A stretch of 19,925 nucleotides of DNA from Candidatus Jordarchaeia archaeon (GCA_029856435.1 JAHQXB010000095.1:1-19925), one strand, 5' to 3'; shown: positions 6,687 to 16,376, numbered from the stretch's first letter. A program made the numbers and translations. Notes: generated by a model from the letters alone, not told the origin.

Positions 6687-7034
6687 TAAGAAAAACCAAA
6701 CACTCCTCTTTTTTCTACTATGATACTGAAAATGATCATTTGACAAAACTAAATTCAGAAATCAGCAGTATTAATAGCTTAAGTTCTGTGCCAAACGATT
6801 AGTAGACCCAGAATAATTACCTCCTCGCGTATTTAGTGTATTTATAAATGAGCTCTAATATGGGAAAGCCTGTGATTATTCTGCTTGCTTGTGTGTTACC
6901 AAAATAAAAGTATTCGGCTCTTGACGAAAACCTGCAAATGAGTATGGAAAACATTTTTAAGATTTCAACATGGCAATAGTTTCCATTACAAGGCTGAAGA
7001 AGCATACCTACAAAAATTATTGAGGTAATGAAAA

Positions 7035-7397
7035 ATGAGTGAAAGACCAACTGGAGTCACAATTCTAGCGATACTGATGATACTCTATGGTATACTTACT
7101 CTTATGGGCGGATTTATCATTGGAATAGCAGGGGCTTCCCCCTTCGTAGGAATCAGCATAACTGTCTTCATCTATATTATTTGGGGCATCATTTATATCA
7201 TCGGCGGCCTGGGATTATTCTCCCTCAAAGATTGGGCTAGGATATTGGCTATCATCATTAACGTTTTAGGACTCATCGGAGGCATTATACTGACAATAAC
7301 TATCGTTGGCGCTCTCATCGGAATTCCAATGATCATAATCAGCATCATTATCATCTGGTACCTTACGAAAGAAGAAGTAAAAGCATACTTTACATAA
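7035..7397 (+). CDS. Small integral membrane protein (~4 TM) of unknown function
   Basis: 120 aa and highly hydrophobic, with RPTGVTILAIL at the N-terminus and WYL...VKAYF at the C-terminus. GAGGT SD upstream. Confidence 0.8.
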   Translation: MSERPTGVTILAILMILYGILTLMGGFIIGIAGASPFVGISITVFIYIIWGIIYIIGGLGLFSLKDWARILAIIINVLGLIGGIILTITIVGALIGIPMIIISIIIIWYLTKEEVKAYFT

Positions 7398-7425
7398 AAA
7401 AGGATAAAAATCCTTTTCTTTTTTT
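7398..7425 (+). terminator. Hairpin plus U-tract terminator candidate
   Basis: AAAAGGAT-AAAA-ATCCTTTT is followed by CTTTTTTT immediately after the stop at 7397. Confidence 0.45.
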
Positions 7426-7843
7426 AATTTTTCAATTTTATTAGTTTTATTCTCGGTTCTAAAAAATGAAGACATATTCCAAAACTTATTTATAAAAACC
7501 ATATTTTTAAAAATTATAAAAAGGGTATGTAGTTACCATAAAAAACTTTAGGTTTTCATCCTTTGTCTAAAGCGCTTTATCGTATGAGTGTTCAGCTTTT
7601 GTGATCAAGTAACGGATGCTGGGGCTCTAAACACCGAAGGAAAGCTTATTTAGACTTCCGGCGAATGCTTAACACCATGGAAAAGGACCCAAAAGGCCTC
7701 CTTTCAGGAAAAGGAAGCATATAACACCAGATCTGCTCCCAGGAGCTAAATACATACTAAAAAAGAGATGAGGAAATTGCCAAATTTAAATTGAGGAGAA
7801 TTTAGTTGTTTGATGAATTTTAAATTTTTATGGTTTCCAAAGT

Positions 7844-8992
7844 CTACAGGTGTTCTTTAATGGTTTTTACTGCGTCTTCTGTGCTGGTTTTGAAGCCAAG
7901 ATCTTTTAGACTTTCGCTTAGTGCAAAGATTGCATGTATTGCTTTGTGGGGGTAGGCGTTGTAGCCCATATGTCCCAAGCGTATTACTTTTCCGCGTAGA
8001 TCTCCCCAGTTGCCAGCAATCATTACTCCATATTTTTGAAGGATATGGTTTCTGAGCTTTTCATCTTCTATTCCTTTAGGGATTTTTATGGCTGTAACGG
8101 TATCTGAACAGTAGTCTTCTTCTTTGGGGTATAATTCGAGACCCATGGCTTTAACTGCTTGTCTGACACTGTTTGCCACTTTTTGGTGTCGCTCATATAC
8201 TTTTTCGATTTTTTCTTCCAAAATAATTTGGCAAGCTTCATCTAGAGCGTATAGTAGGGAAGCCGCATGAGTATATGGGAAAATTCTGTTTTGGAACCAG
8301 TCTCTTTTCCAGGATAAAAGGTTTAGGTAGAAGCTTTTTATCCTACTTTTTTGATCTCTTCTCTCCATTTTCTCCCACGCCTTCTTGCTTACAGAAATTA
8401 TTCCGATGCCTGGTGGGGCGCTGATGCATTTTTGGGAGCCTACAATGTTTATGTCTACGTGCCACTTGTCGGTTTCTACAGGTACTCCAGCAACGCTACT
8501 AACTGCGTCGGTTACGAGTATTATTCCGTATTCGTTGCAGATTTTGCCTATTTCTTTGAGGGGGTTTAGGGTTCCGCTGGGGGTTTCGCAGTGAACCATT
8601 GTGGCGACTTCTATATTTTTTTCTTTTTCGAGAGCCCTCTCTACCTCTTCAGGTTTCACTATTTCATCGTAGGGAAATTTGACGATTACCGGTTTTCCTC
8701 CATACATTTGAACAAAATTTGCGAAGCCCTCTCCATAAATACCGGAAGCTATTGTGAGGACTTTTTCATCCGGACTCACAAGACTTGCTACAGCGGCCTC
8801 AAGACCGATAATTGCCTCTCCAGAGTGTAGTATAACATCATTGTCGGTCTTCATAATTTTCTTAATCTTTTCACATAGGGAATCATAAAAGCTGTAAAAG
8901 TCGGGATCCAGGTCTGGATTTTGAAGGGGACGGGCCATTGCCTGAAGAACGCGTGGGTGAACCTCTGTGGGTCCAGGGGTAAACATTAACAC
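7844..8992 (-). CDS. Class V PLP aminotransferase (alanine-glyoxylate/serine-pyruvate type)
   Basis: MFTPGPTEV, VHCETPSG, DAVSS, GSQKCISAPPG (PLP Lys) and IRLGHMG. GTG at 8992 follows a GAGGTGG SD; the ORF track starts at 9019. Confidence 0.93.
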   Translation of the reverse strand: MLMFTPGPTEVHPRVLQAMARPLQNPDLDPDFYSFYDSLCEKIKKIMKTDNDVILHSGEAIIGLEAAVASLVSPDEKVLTIASGIYGEGFANFVQMYGGKPVIVKFPYDEIVKPEEVERALEKEKNIEVATMVHCETPSGTLNPLKEIGKICNEYGIILVTDAVSSVAGVPVETDKWHVDINIVGSQKCISAPPGIGIISVSKKAWEKMERRDQKSRIKSFYLNLLSWKRDWFQNRIFPYTHAASLLYALDEACQIILEEKIEKVYERHQKVANSVRQAVKAMGLELYPKEEDYCSDTVTAIKIPKGIEDEKLRNHILQKYGVMIAGNWGDLRGKVIRLGHMGYNAYPHKAIHAIFALSESLKDLGFKTSTEDAVKTIKEHL

Positions 8993-9174
8993 GTTTAACC
9001 ACCTCTCAATGAGAATCAATTTTAGATGTGTTAATATAAGAATGTTTCTTAAAATCTTCCCCCAAACTAAAAAAAGAACTTTAAGGATGAATTTTCCAGT
9101 TGTGCCCTAATAGTTTGGAGATTTGTGATTTTTAGAGTTATTTGCATGGGTAGATACTCATTTTTGGGGGGAAT

Positions 9175-10425
9175 TTAGTGTATTTTTGCTCCTTCGCCTA
9201 TTGCGGATATCCACCCTTGGGTTGCTCCTGCGGCTATTCCTGCTTCTAAAACTTTTTCGCATTTTTCAGAGTCTACGAGTGAGATTAGGCTACCTCCCAT
9301 TCCTGCTCCGGAAATCTTTGTTCCGTATGCTCCCGCTTGTAGTGTGGCGTCTCTTATCTTTTCCAGTTTTGTTAGGCTCACTTTGTATAGGTCTCTTAGA
9401 AGCTCGTGTTGATAGTTCATTATTTCGCCCAGAATCTGGAGGTCGTGTGATTTGTTTTTTATTCTCTGCCATAGAGGACTCATTGACGGCCCCTTTTTTG
9501 GGGGTTTTGGCCTTTTGCCTTTTAGGATTTTTAAAGCGATTTCTGTGGATTTTTGCATTCTGAGGGTGAAACGTATTCTATCAGCTACATCATCGCGCAA
9601 CAGTTTTAGGTATTCTTCTAGTTCCTCCTCGCTTATTTTTTCCCATTCTGGCTCATCAAACCGGTAACCCAATTTGCTTTTAATTTTGTCTGGAAGCGTG
9701 CTACACTCCATAAGGGTTTTTAGGCCCTCGCTTATTTCCTTTTGTCTTACTGGGTGAATTTCTGCGGTGGAGTGTTTGATTCCAGAATTAAGGATTACAA
9801 AGGTGAGGTTTCTTGCAGGAAGCTTTTCCACACGGATGGGAAACTTGCAATCTAGTTTTATTATCCCCCCAAATGCTGAGCCATACTGATCCAGACGCCC
9901 ACAGGGTATACCTAACTCTGCATTCTCCGCTTGGTAAGCTATTTCGGCTAAATCTCCCTCCCTGTATTTTAGTTTGAAGGCCTCATTCAGTAGTGTGGCG
10001 AAGGCCACTTCTAGGGCGGCGCTGCTTGCTAATCCCGACGCTATGGGAATCTGGCTCTTAACATAGATGCGCATTCCTCTGAGTTTCTTTGAGAGGCCTC
10101 TTTTTTCCAAGATTTTCACTATGGCTCTGAAGTAGTTTCCGAACCATCCCTTACCAAGATACTCTATACTACCTATTGAGAACCTGTCTTGAAACTCCTC
10201 TCCTGCCGCCTGAAGGTCGAGTGAATTTACTTCGAAAACATCATCGTTCCTAAATTCTCCGCACATATAGGTTCTCAGGTTTAGTGCCACAGGCACCACG
10301 GGTAATCCTTTGTAGTCTTGATGAGTGTTTAGGAAGTCCGCTCTTGCTGGTGCAGAGGCTATAATGTTTGATCCGCTTTTTGTGAAGGGGATTTCCAAAA
10401 TTTTGGGAGAGTTTATATTTTTCAT
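9175..10425 (-). CDS. GHMP-family sugar kinase, galactokinase-like with altered sugar-binding motif
   Basis: PIASGLASSAA (ATP loop), CGRLDQY and GTKISGAGMGG are present. The N-terminal APARADFLNTHQDY replaces the GalK APGRVNLIGEHTDY motif. Confidence 0.85.
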   Translation of the reverse strand: MKNINSPKILEIPFTKSGSNIIASAPARADFLNTHQDYKGLPVVPVALNLRTYMCGEFRNDDVFEVNSLDLQAAGEEFQDRFSIGSIEYLGKGWFGNYFRAIVKILEKRGLSKKLRGMRIYVKSQIPIASGLASSAALEVAFATLLNEAFKLKYREGDLAEIAYQAENAELGIPCGRLDQYGSAFGGIIKLDCKFPIRVEKLPARNLTFVILNSGIKHSTAEIHPVRQKEISEGLKTLMECSTLPDKIKSKLGYRFDEPEWEKISEEELEEYLKLLRDDVADRIRFTLRMQKSTEIALKILKGKRPKPPKKGPSMSPLWQRIKNKSHDLQILGEIMNYQHELLRDLYKVSLTKLEKIRDATLQAGAYGTKISGAGMGGSLISLVDSEKCEKVLEAGIAAGATQGWISAIGEGAKIH

Positions 10426-10449
10426 TTAGGATTTCATTCCCCATTTTGT

Positions 10450-11283
10450 TCATTCTCTTTCGTAAGACAGATAAATTTTTTTCAGTAGCAGGGCGTCGAA
10501 CTCAATATTGGGACTCTCCGAGATCACTACTCCTTTTATCCGGTAGTCCCTCCAAGATTTTACCAGCTCCACATAATTTATGTCAGACTCCTCTAAAACA
10601 GTGTGTCGCAGCTCTCCCTTGGAGGAATACTCTATTCCCGATATGTGAATGTGCATGTTGTCAAGAATTTCACGTCCCAAACCTTCCTCTAACATGTTGA
10701 GGGTCAGTTCAAAGTGTTCGTACCTTCGACACATGCCGTTTGTGCGAGCGTTGAGATGAGCAAAATCAACATTGGGTAGGATTTGCTCTACCTCTTGGCT
10801 CAATTTTATTATCTCATTGAGAGTTCCAAACTGGCTTTTCTTACCAGTAGTTTCAGGCCTTATCCAAATATTGTTTCCTTCGTCTTGAAGAATCCTAACT
10901 ATTTGGGAAAGATGTTCCTTAACATTCTTGTAAACAAGCTCTGGTTTCATTCCTCCATAGTATGCTGGATGAAAGGTTATGGATTTGCCCCCCGCCTTCT
11001 TAGCTATTCTAGCGGTTCTAAGTATTCTCTCAATGCTTGCTTGAACTGTTTCCTTCCGATAAGAATTTAGATTTATATAGTAGGGTCCGTGCGCTGTGAG
11101 GTGGACATTTTCATTTTTGGATACCTCATTTATTTTTTGGGCTAGAGCTTCACCCATTTTTACTCCATAAACGAATTCTAGCTCCATAGCGTCTAGCCCC
11201 AGTTCTCTCACCCTTTTAATACCACCAATTGAGTTCCTCACCGGACTGGTGATAGGTGTACCTGCCGTGCCAAAGAGCAACAT
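10450..11283 (-). CDS. nfo: Endonuclease IV (AP endonuclease family 2)
   Basis: AHGPYYINLNS, FHPAY, RPETTGKKSQFG, DFAH and HIHISGIE metal-ligand motifs. Confidence 0.92.
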   Translation of the reverse strand: MLLFGTAGTPITSPVRNSIGGIKRVRELGLDAMELEFVYGVKMGEALAQKINEVSKNENVHLTAHGPYYINLNSYRKETVQASIERILRTARIAKKAGGKSITFHPAYYGGMKPELVYKNVKEHLSQIVRILQDEGNNIWIRPETTGKKSQFGTLNEIIKLSQEVEQILPNVDFAHLNARTNGMCRRYEHFELTLNMLEEGLGREILDNMHIHISGIEYSSKGELRHTVLEESDINYVELVKSWRDYRIKGVVISESPNIEFDALLLKKIYLSYERE

Positions 11284-11502
11284 TGCTAATCAGCTTTCAT
11301 AACTTTATTCGTCTCGGAATAATGTGTTTTATTGAAATTATAGTTTTTAAGTGCTTGTTAAAAGTTTGGACATCAAAAAGATTAAGAAGCACACACTTAA
11401 AGTTTATATTTGCCTTTAAACATATAGAAAAGCAAGCATTAAAATCTTTAATTTAGTTTTTTAAACACTTTTGTAAGGTGAAAGTGAGCCTGTAAAAGCG
11501 AA

Positions 11503-12645
11503 ATGCTTGGATGTGATATATTGTTTGAGAACAGAGGCGTTTGTTTAGCCATTTTCGATGAAGAAGCTGGCCCCATTAGTGTCTACTTTAAGGGAATCGA
11601 TAAGGCAGTCGCCAACAAAATCGCCCTAAAGAGTATGATTAGTTCACTTTCCCTAAGTCAACAGGTGGATGAGGGGGAATCCATAATACCACTCATAGAA
11701 GAGCAGAAGAGCGCCTTTGTTTTTTATTTCGCCATAAAGGATGAGAAAGCTAGAGGGGGAGTGAGAATCGGCACACTTTCCTTCGTAGTTGGGAGAGAGG
11801 ATAGCGAATTACTTTATCGCTTCGCCCCGATCCTTTCTGAGCATTCCAAGCGAGTAGTGGAGGATGTTAAAAAATATTACGTTTACAGACAGCCCATCCC
11901 GCAGGTTTTAATAAATAGTGTGAACAGTATGCTCTCAATTAAAGACTTTGAAAGAGCTTTTCTGCCAGTTAGTTTTAAAGAATACCTCATTCGAAGCTAT
12001 CTTTCTAGGCAAACCACTTTTCACCGATCAATTATTGAGAAAACAAGTAGCGTCTCCCGCTATATGGATGTTTTAGGCCAAAAAATCGACCTTGTGGGAA
12101 GAGATAGAGAACAAAATATCGTTTGGACGCTCATCACCTATGACTCCACCAAAATGGGTGGAGAGGAAAAACGCAACTTACTCCTGTACATAAATAAGCT
12201 ACAAGAAAGCATTCCCTCTCTGGAGGTGATATTTGTACTAAATGAGGTGGGGTTGCGAAGGGGAGGCACATTTGACGAAAAAATTGTAGAAAAGACTACC
12301 CAGATCCACAGGACAAGCGAAGTCGACGGAAAAGAATTTGACCTATACGGAGCTGACAATGAAGGAAATATTGTTTGGGCGCTTTTATCCAAAAACTTTC
12401 TAGTCATGAAGGAGGAGGAGCTAGACGAATTGAACCAAAAAATATTCAAACTCAAGAGGACACACCCCTCAATGGAGGTGCTCTTTGTATTAGCTGAGGT
12501 ACTTAGATCAACAATAATTCAACCACCAAAACCGGATTTATCTGGTAAACCTGAGGGTATAAGGAAAATTTTGGGAGCAAAAAGGGAATATGAAGAATTA
12601 ATGGAGGCTCTTAGAAAGAAAGGAAAGAGTAGAGAAGAAACGTGA
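11503..12645 (+). CDS. uDENN/longin-domain protein (folliculin/SMCR8-like) with two duplicated C-terminal alpha/beta domains
   Basis: The N-terminal FDEEAGP and FYFAIKDEKARGGVR match the FD-x3-GP and D-x-x-A-R-G-x-x-R patterns of FLCN/SMCR8-type longins. Internal repeat at aa 177-249 and 261-333. Confidence 0.7.
   Translation: MLGCDILFENRGVCLAIFDEEAGPISVYFKGIDKAVANKIALKSMISSLSLSQQVDEGESIIPLIEEQKSAFVFYFAIKDEKARGGVRIGTLSFVVGREDSELLYRFAPILSEHSKRVVEDVKKYYVYRQPIPQVLINSVNSMLSIKDFERAFLPVSFKEYLIRSYLSRQTTFHRSIIEKTSSVSRYMDVLGQKIDLVGRDREQNIVWTLITYDSTKMGGEEKRNLLLYINKLQESIPSLEVIFVLNEVGLRRGGTFDEKIVEKTTQIHRTSEVDGKEFDLYGADNEGNIVWALLSKNFLVMKEEELDELNQKIFKLKRTHPSMEVLFVLAEVLRSTIIQPPKPDLSGKPEGIRKILGAKREYEELMEALRKKGKSREET
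12031..12501 (+). repeat. Intragenic tandem domain duplication: two 73-aa units at 12031-12249 and 12283-12501
   Basis: Hand alignment is ungapped with 33 of 73 residues identical, at an offset of 252 nt. Confidence 0.9.
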
Positions 12646-12702
12646 TTCCCCAAATTTTAATTTCTGAGAATACAATATTACTATAACTGGAAGGTTGCCT
12701 AA

Positions 12703-13623
12703 GTGGACATTAATAAAAATCTCCTCACCTACTCAATAGTATTCCTCACCATAGAAGCCTTAGGACTATTAGGCACATTCTTCATCTCGTGGCAATCCGT
12801 TTACTATTTATACTCGAAGAGTCTAATATGCGAGAATATTTACGGAATTTATACTACTTTTCAGTATTTCTCCTACTCCCCTGAGACCCTACCCCCACTT
12901 TTGACCTACTGGCTACTCACAAGAGCCACCGCCCACCCCATACTTTGGATAACACTTCCGGTGTATATAGCCCTAAAGGGGATTTTGCTAGTTTTGAAAA
13001 GGTTTAATTTAGCCCGTATTTCTGTATTCACGCCATTACCTTTTTTGGCGGAAAAATTTTTTGCAAACTTGAACCTTTCTGAGGCTCAGCTTGTGCTACT
13101 GTGGCCTTCAAATATCGTCGTTTACCCTCAACAGGGCTTGGGAGGAATCGCGTTACTACTAATACTCTTTTTGGGAATATACGGAGTTAATTTCTTTGAA
13201 AACGCCTTAGTGTTTCCCATAGTTAGAAAAATAGCAAAGCTCTTGAAGGAGAGACCAGAACTGGAAATTTCCGAAATCGCCAAAGAAAGCGGATTCGGCT
13301 CAAAACAGTTTTACAACTACCTCTCTAAAGCCGTATATGAAGGAATAATACTGGCAGTTTTAACCCCCACAGAATTGGTGGCTTACGATAGCCCCAAGGC
13401 GCAGGAACTAATAATAGAGGCCTATATGAAAATACTCCAAAAAAACGAAAGAATAAACATCAACGATTTACGCCTAGTTATGAGATACTCGAAAATATGG
13501 TTCCCACCACAAAGGGAAGCGATTCTAGATATACTAAAAAAAGCGCAGGAAGAAGGCAGACTCCCAGCATTCATCATCGACAAGGAAATCGTAAAACAGC
13601 CAGAAACAGGTTTGGTGTATTAG
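12703..13623 (+). CDS. Multi-pass membrane protein with C-terminal tandem winged-helix (PCI/ESCRT-II/DDRGK-like) region
   Basis: Several hydrophobic segments in aa ~8-165, then LEISEIAKESG...LSKAVYEGIILAVL and ININDL...LKKAQEEGRLPAFI (two HTH-plus-wing patterns). Confidence 0.65.
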   Translation: MDINKNLLTYSIVFLTIEALGLLGTFFISWQSVYYLYSKSLICENIYGIYTTFQYFSYSPETLPPLLTYWLLTRATAHPILWITLPVYIALKGILLVLKRFNLARISVFTPLPFLAEKFFANLNLSEAQLVLLWPSNIVVYPQQGLGGIALLLILFLGIYGVNFFENALVFPIVRKIAKLLKERPELEISEIAKESGFGSKQFYNYLSKAVYEGIILAVLTPTELVAYDSPKAQELIIEAYMKILQKNERININDLRLVMRYSKIWFPPQREAILDILKKAQEEGRLPAFIIDKEIVKQPETGLVY

Positions 13624-13655
13624 ACACTCCAAAACTCAACCACACCAATTAAGTT

Positions 13656-14387
13656 TCAAATATAGTAGTTGTTGTTTTCTGGGAAAATTTTGTTTATTGA
13701 AAGCATAAGTTTTTCGGCGGTGTCCACTTTTCCGGCACTAAGATAGCTCTGGAAAGCCCAGACATATTTATCCCTCGCCTCGTTCATTTCCCCCAACTGC
13801 TTGAAGAGCTCCCCACTTTTAAGATACATCGAAGCCGCTTCCTCATGCCGCTTCATAGAGTCTCCGTAGAGAATACCTAAGAGTCCCAGCACCACCGCCT
13901 GCTGGTACTTGTCACCAGACTCTTCACATAGTTTAAGGGCCTTTAAATAGCATTCTTCGGCAGATTGGTAATCAGCCTGCTGCCTATATGATACCCCCGC
14001 CCGCCAATAGTTCTCAGCCGCACTTCTAAAAGAGTTCAACTTCACGTAAATCTCCGCAGCAGCCACATAGCTTTCCGCCGCTTTCTCATATTTCTCCTGA
14101 ACGAAATAGTTGAACCCCAAATGGCTACAGTAGAATGAAAAACGCTCATCTTTTATACCAAGTTTCTCCAGTATAGCTACAGCCCTTGATAGGCACTCTG
14201 AAGCCTCAACACTTCTTTGAACCAATTCCAACAAGACCCCCGCTTTTGCATAGGCCTCGGCACACTTCTCCAAATCACTTGTTTGAAATTTTTCCGCTGC
14301 AGATATGTAAAGTTCAATAGCTTCCCCATATTCTCCAGAATTATGCTTATTCTCCGCAGCGGAAAAAAGCTCCTCTGCACTCTTCAA
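13656..14387 (-). CDS. TPR-repeat protein, SNAP (Sec17/alpha-SNAP)-like
   Basis: Repeated helical units: YGEAIELYISAAEKF, YEKAAESYVAAAEIY, AAENYWRAG, AEECYLKAL, HEEAASMYLKSGELF. TTG at 14387 follows GAGGCGGTGG; the ORF track starts at 14429. Confidence 0.75.
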   Translation of the reverse strand: MKSAEELFSAAENKHNSGEYGEAIELYISAAEKFQTSDLEKCAEAYAKAGVLLELVQRSVEASECLSRAVAILEKLGIKDERFSFYCSHLGFNYFVQEKYEKAAESYVAAAEIYVKLNSFRSAAENYWRAGVSYRQQADYQSAEECYLKALKLCEESGDKYQQAVVLGLLGILYGDSMKRHEEAASMYLKSGELFKQLGEMNEARDKYVWAFQSYLSAGKVDTAEKLMLSINKIFPENNNYYI

Positions 14388-14797
14388 CTGCCACCGCCTC
14401 TTTTCACACAAATAGAAAACAGTTTTCACTAAATTGCTTTCCTATTTTGAAACTAATCTAATAAATTAATGTAATTCACAAAGAACATAACGGTGAGCGA
14501 CAAATAATATGTACACCTAACGCCATAGAGGGAAAATGGAATCTTTCAAACAAGAAAAATAAAAGCAATTTCAACTGAAAACCAAAAACTACGAAGTATA
14601 ACAACCTTCTAATAGACGAAAACACTAGAGAACATATTAGGTTAAGAATAAAAACAGGTAAACCTATTTACATTCCAAGGAATAGCTTTATTGTAATTTA
14701 TTGTTTAGGGGGTTTAAGTTTACCATTTTGATACAAAACTTTTAAATCTGAATCCAGAATTAATCCATTCAAACATTTTTACCATCCGGTGAGATTT

Positions 14798-16312
14798 ATG
14801 AAATTTTCAGAAAAGTTGGGGATGCAGTATAACAATAAAATCAATGAGCACCTAGCATTTGACGATGTTGCCCTACTGCCTGGAAGGAGCGATTTTGAAC
14901 CCAGCGAAGCTGATATTTCTGTGTGGATAACTCCAGAGCACATGTTAGCTTTACCTTTTATATCCTCACCCATGGATAGGGTTACTGAAGCAGAAATGTG
15001 TATAGCTTTAGCAAGGGAGGGAGCTTTGGGAGTACTTCACAGAAACTGCCCCACACAAGTAGAAGTGGAAATGGCAAAGAAAGTTAAACGCGAGGAGATA
15101 TCGGGAATAATTAGGGATCCCCTCACAGTTACACCGGACACTCCCATCTCCACAGTGATTAGAATTATGCGTGAAAAAAATATTTCGGGGCTGCCGGTTC
15201 TGGACAGATCTGGCGACTTGGTAGGAATAATCACCAATAGAGACGTTATCACCGCTAATCCTGACGCTCCAGTAAGTTCGGAAATGACTCCCAAGGAAAA
15301 ACTGGTTACAGTCATGGAAAAGGAAATACTTCATGAAGGAAAACTTAACACAGAGAAGGTAAAGCAGTTGCTCCACCTTCACCGAATAGAAAAGCTGCTT
15401 GTTTTAGACGAACTCCGAAAACTCACCGGTCTGATAACACTCAAAGACATCAAAAGGTTGGAAGACTCACCACACGTTTCGAGAGATGCAGAGGGACGCT
15501 TAATGGTGGGAGCCGCCATAAGCCCCTTTGACCATGAAAGAGCCATAAGACTGGACCTGGTAGGAGTAGACATTTTAGTCATAGACATAGCCCACGGTAT
15601 GAACATCAATGCCTTAAAATCAGTGGAAAAAATCTCGAAGGACGTAAACGCTTTCATCATGTATGGAAATATAGCTACAGAAGAAGCAGCTCACGAGGTA
15701 ATCACAAGCGACATAAACAATCTGGCGAGTCTACGAGTAGGATTGGGAGGCGGAAGCATTTGCCAAACCACTCAAGTAACCGGAGTAGGACTAACAACCT
15801 TATCCGCCACAGCACTCGTTGCAGACGCAGTTCAGGAACACGACGCACATATAAGTGTTGTAGCAGATGGCGGAATTCGAGGAAGTGGAGACATTGCAAA
15901 AGCCATGGGTGTAGGAGCAAGTGCGGTTATGATTGGGTACCTATTTGCCGGAACAGATGAGGCACCAAGCGAGAAAGTCTATATTAGGGGAGTGCCCATG
16001 AAAAGGTACAGAGGAATGGCGTCTCCATCAGCCATTAGGGAAAGATACGCAGTAGACAGATATACCAGAGGCACCAAGAGAATAGCGGAGGGTGTAGAGG
16101 GAATGGTAACTTATAGGGGTTCTGTTAGAACACTGGTAAGGGACCTAGCAGACGCCCTCAAAGCAGCGTACGGTTACGTTGGAGCAAGAAACACCAAGGA
16201 GATGTGGGAAAAAGCACGCTACGCCAAGAGAACATGGGTGGGGTTCAGAGAAGGACTTCCACACGATATAATACCAGAATCACACGTCCAAGACATGCTA
16301 GACACCCTATAA
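14798..16312 (+). CDS. guaB: IMP dehydrogenase with CBS pair
   Basis: [18 protein letters not shown] pair (ISGLPV, VGIIT), DIAHG, GSICQT (catalytic Cys), [23 protein letters not shown] and AEGVEG. ATG at 14798 lies 6 nt after GGTG. Confidence 0.96.
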   Translation: MKFSEKLGMQYNNKINEHLAFDDVALLPGRSDFEPSEADISVWITPEHMLALPFISSPMDRVTEAEMCIALAREGALGVLHRNCPTQVEVEMAKKVKREEISGIIRDPLTVTPDTPISTVIRIMREKNISGLPVLDRSGDLVGIITNRDVITANPDAPVSSEMTPKEKLVTVMEKEILHEGKLNTEKVKQLLHLHRIEKLLVLDELRKLTGLITLKDIKRLEDSPHVSRDAEGRLMVGAAISPFDHERAIRLDLVGVDILVIDIAHGMNINALKSVEKISKDVNAFIMYGNIATEEAAHEVITSDINNLASLRVGLGGGSICQTTQVTGVGLTTLSATALVADAVQEHDAHISVVADGGIRGSGDIAKAMGVGASAVMIGYLFAGTDEAPSEKVYIRGVPMKRYRGMASPSAIRERYAVDRYTRGTKRIAEGVEGMVTYRGSVRTLVRDLADALKAAYGYVGARNTKEMWEKARYAKRTWVGFREGLPHDIIPESHVQDMLDTL

Positions 16313-16376
16313 AAGAGAGGAGTGGTGGAACCAAATAGGAACATATTCTCCCCATGGGTGAATTTTCCCTGCTAGA

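Noticed and set aside
6687-7034. Possible ORF 6817-7050 (-) or gene remnant between desulforedoxin and the membrane gene
   Set aside because: No motif or SD, it overlaps the next gene start, and the composition is intergenic-like.
7426-7843. Long intergenic region with a less AT-rich core (about 7560-7750) as a pseudogene, IS remnant or ncRNA
   Set aside because: All frames contain stops and I found no recognisable motif, terminal repeats or RNA family signature. A tBLASTx search would be needed.
15740-15800. IMPDH catalytic loop variant [12 protein letters not shown] as a sign of GMP reductase or inactivity
   Set aside because: The catalytic Cys, the Thr two residues later, the RY dyad, YRGM and EGVEG are retained, consistent with ordinary IMPDH.
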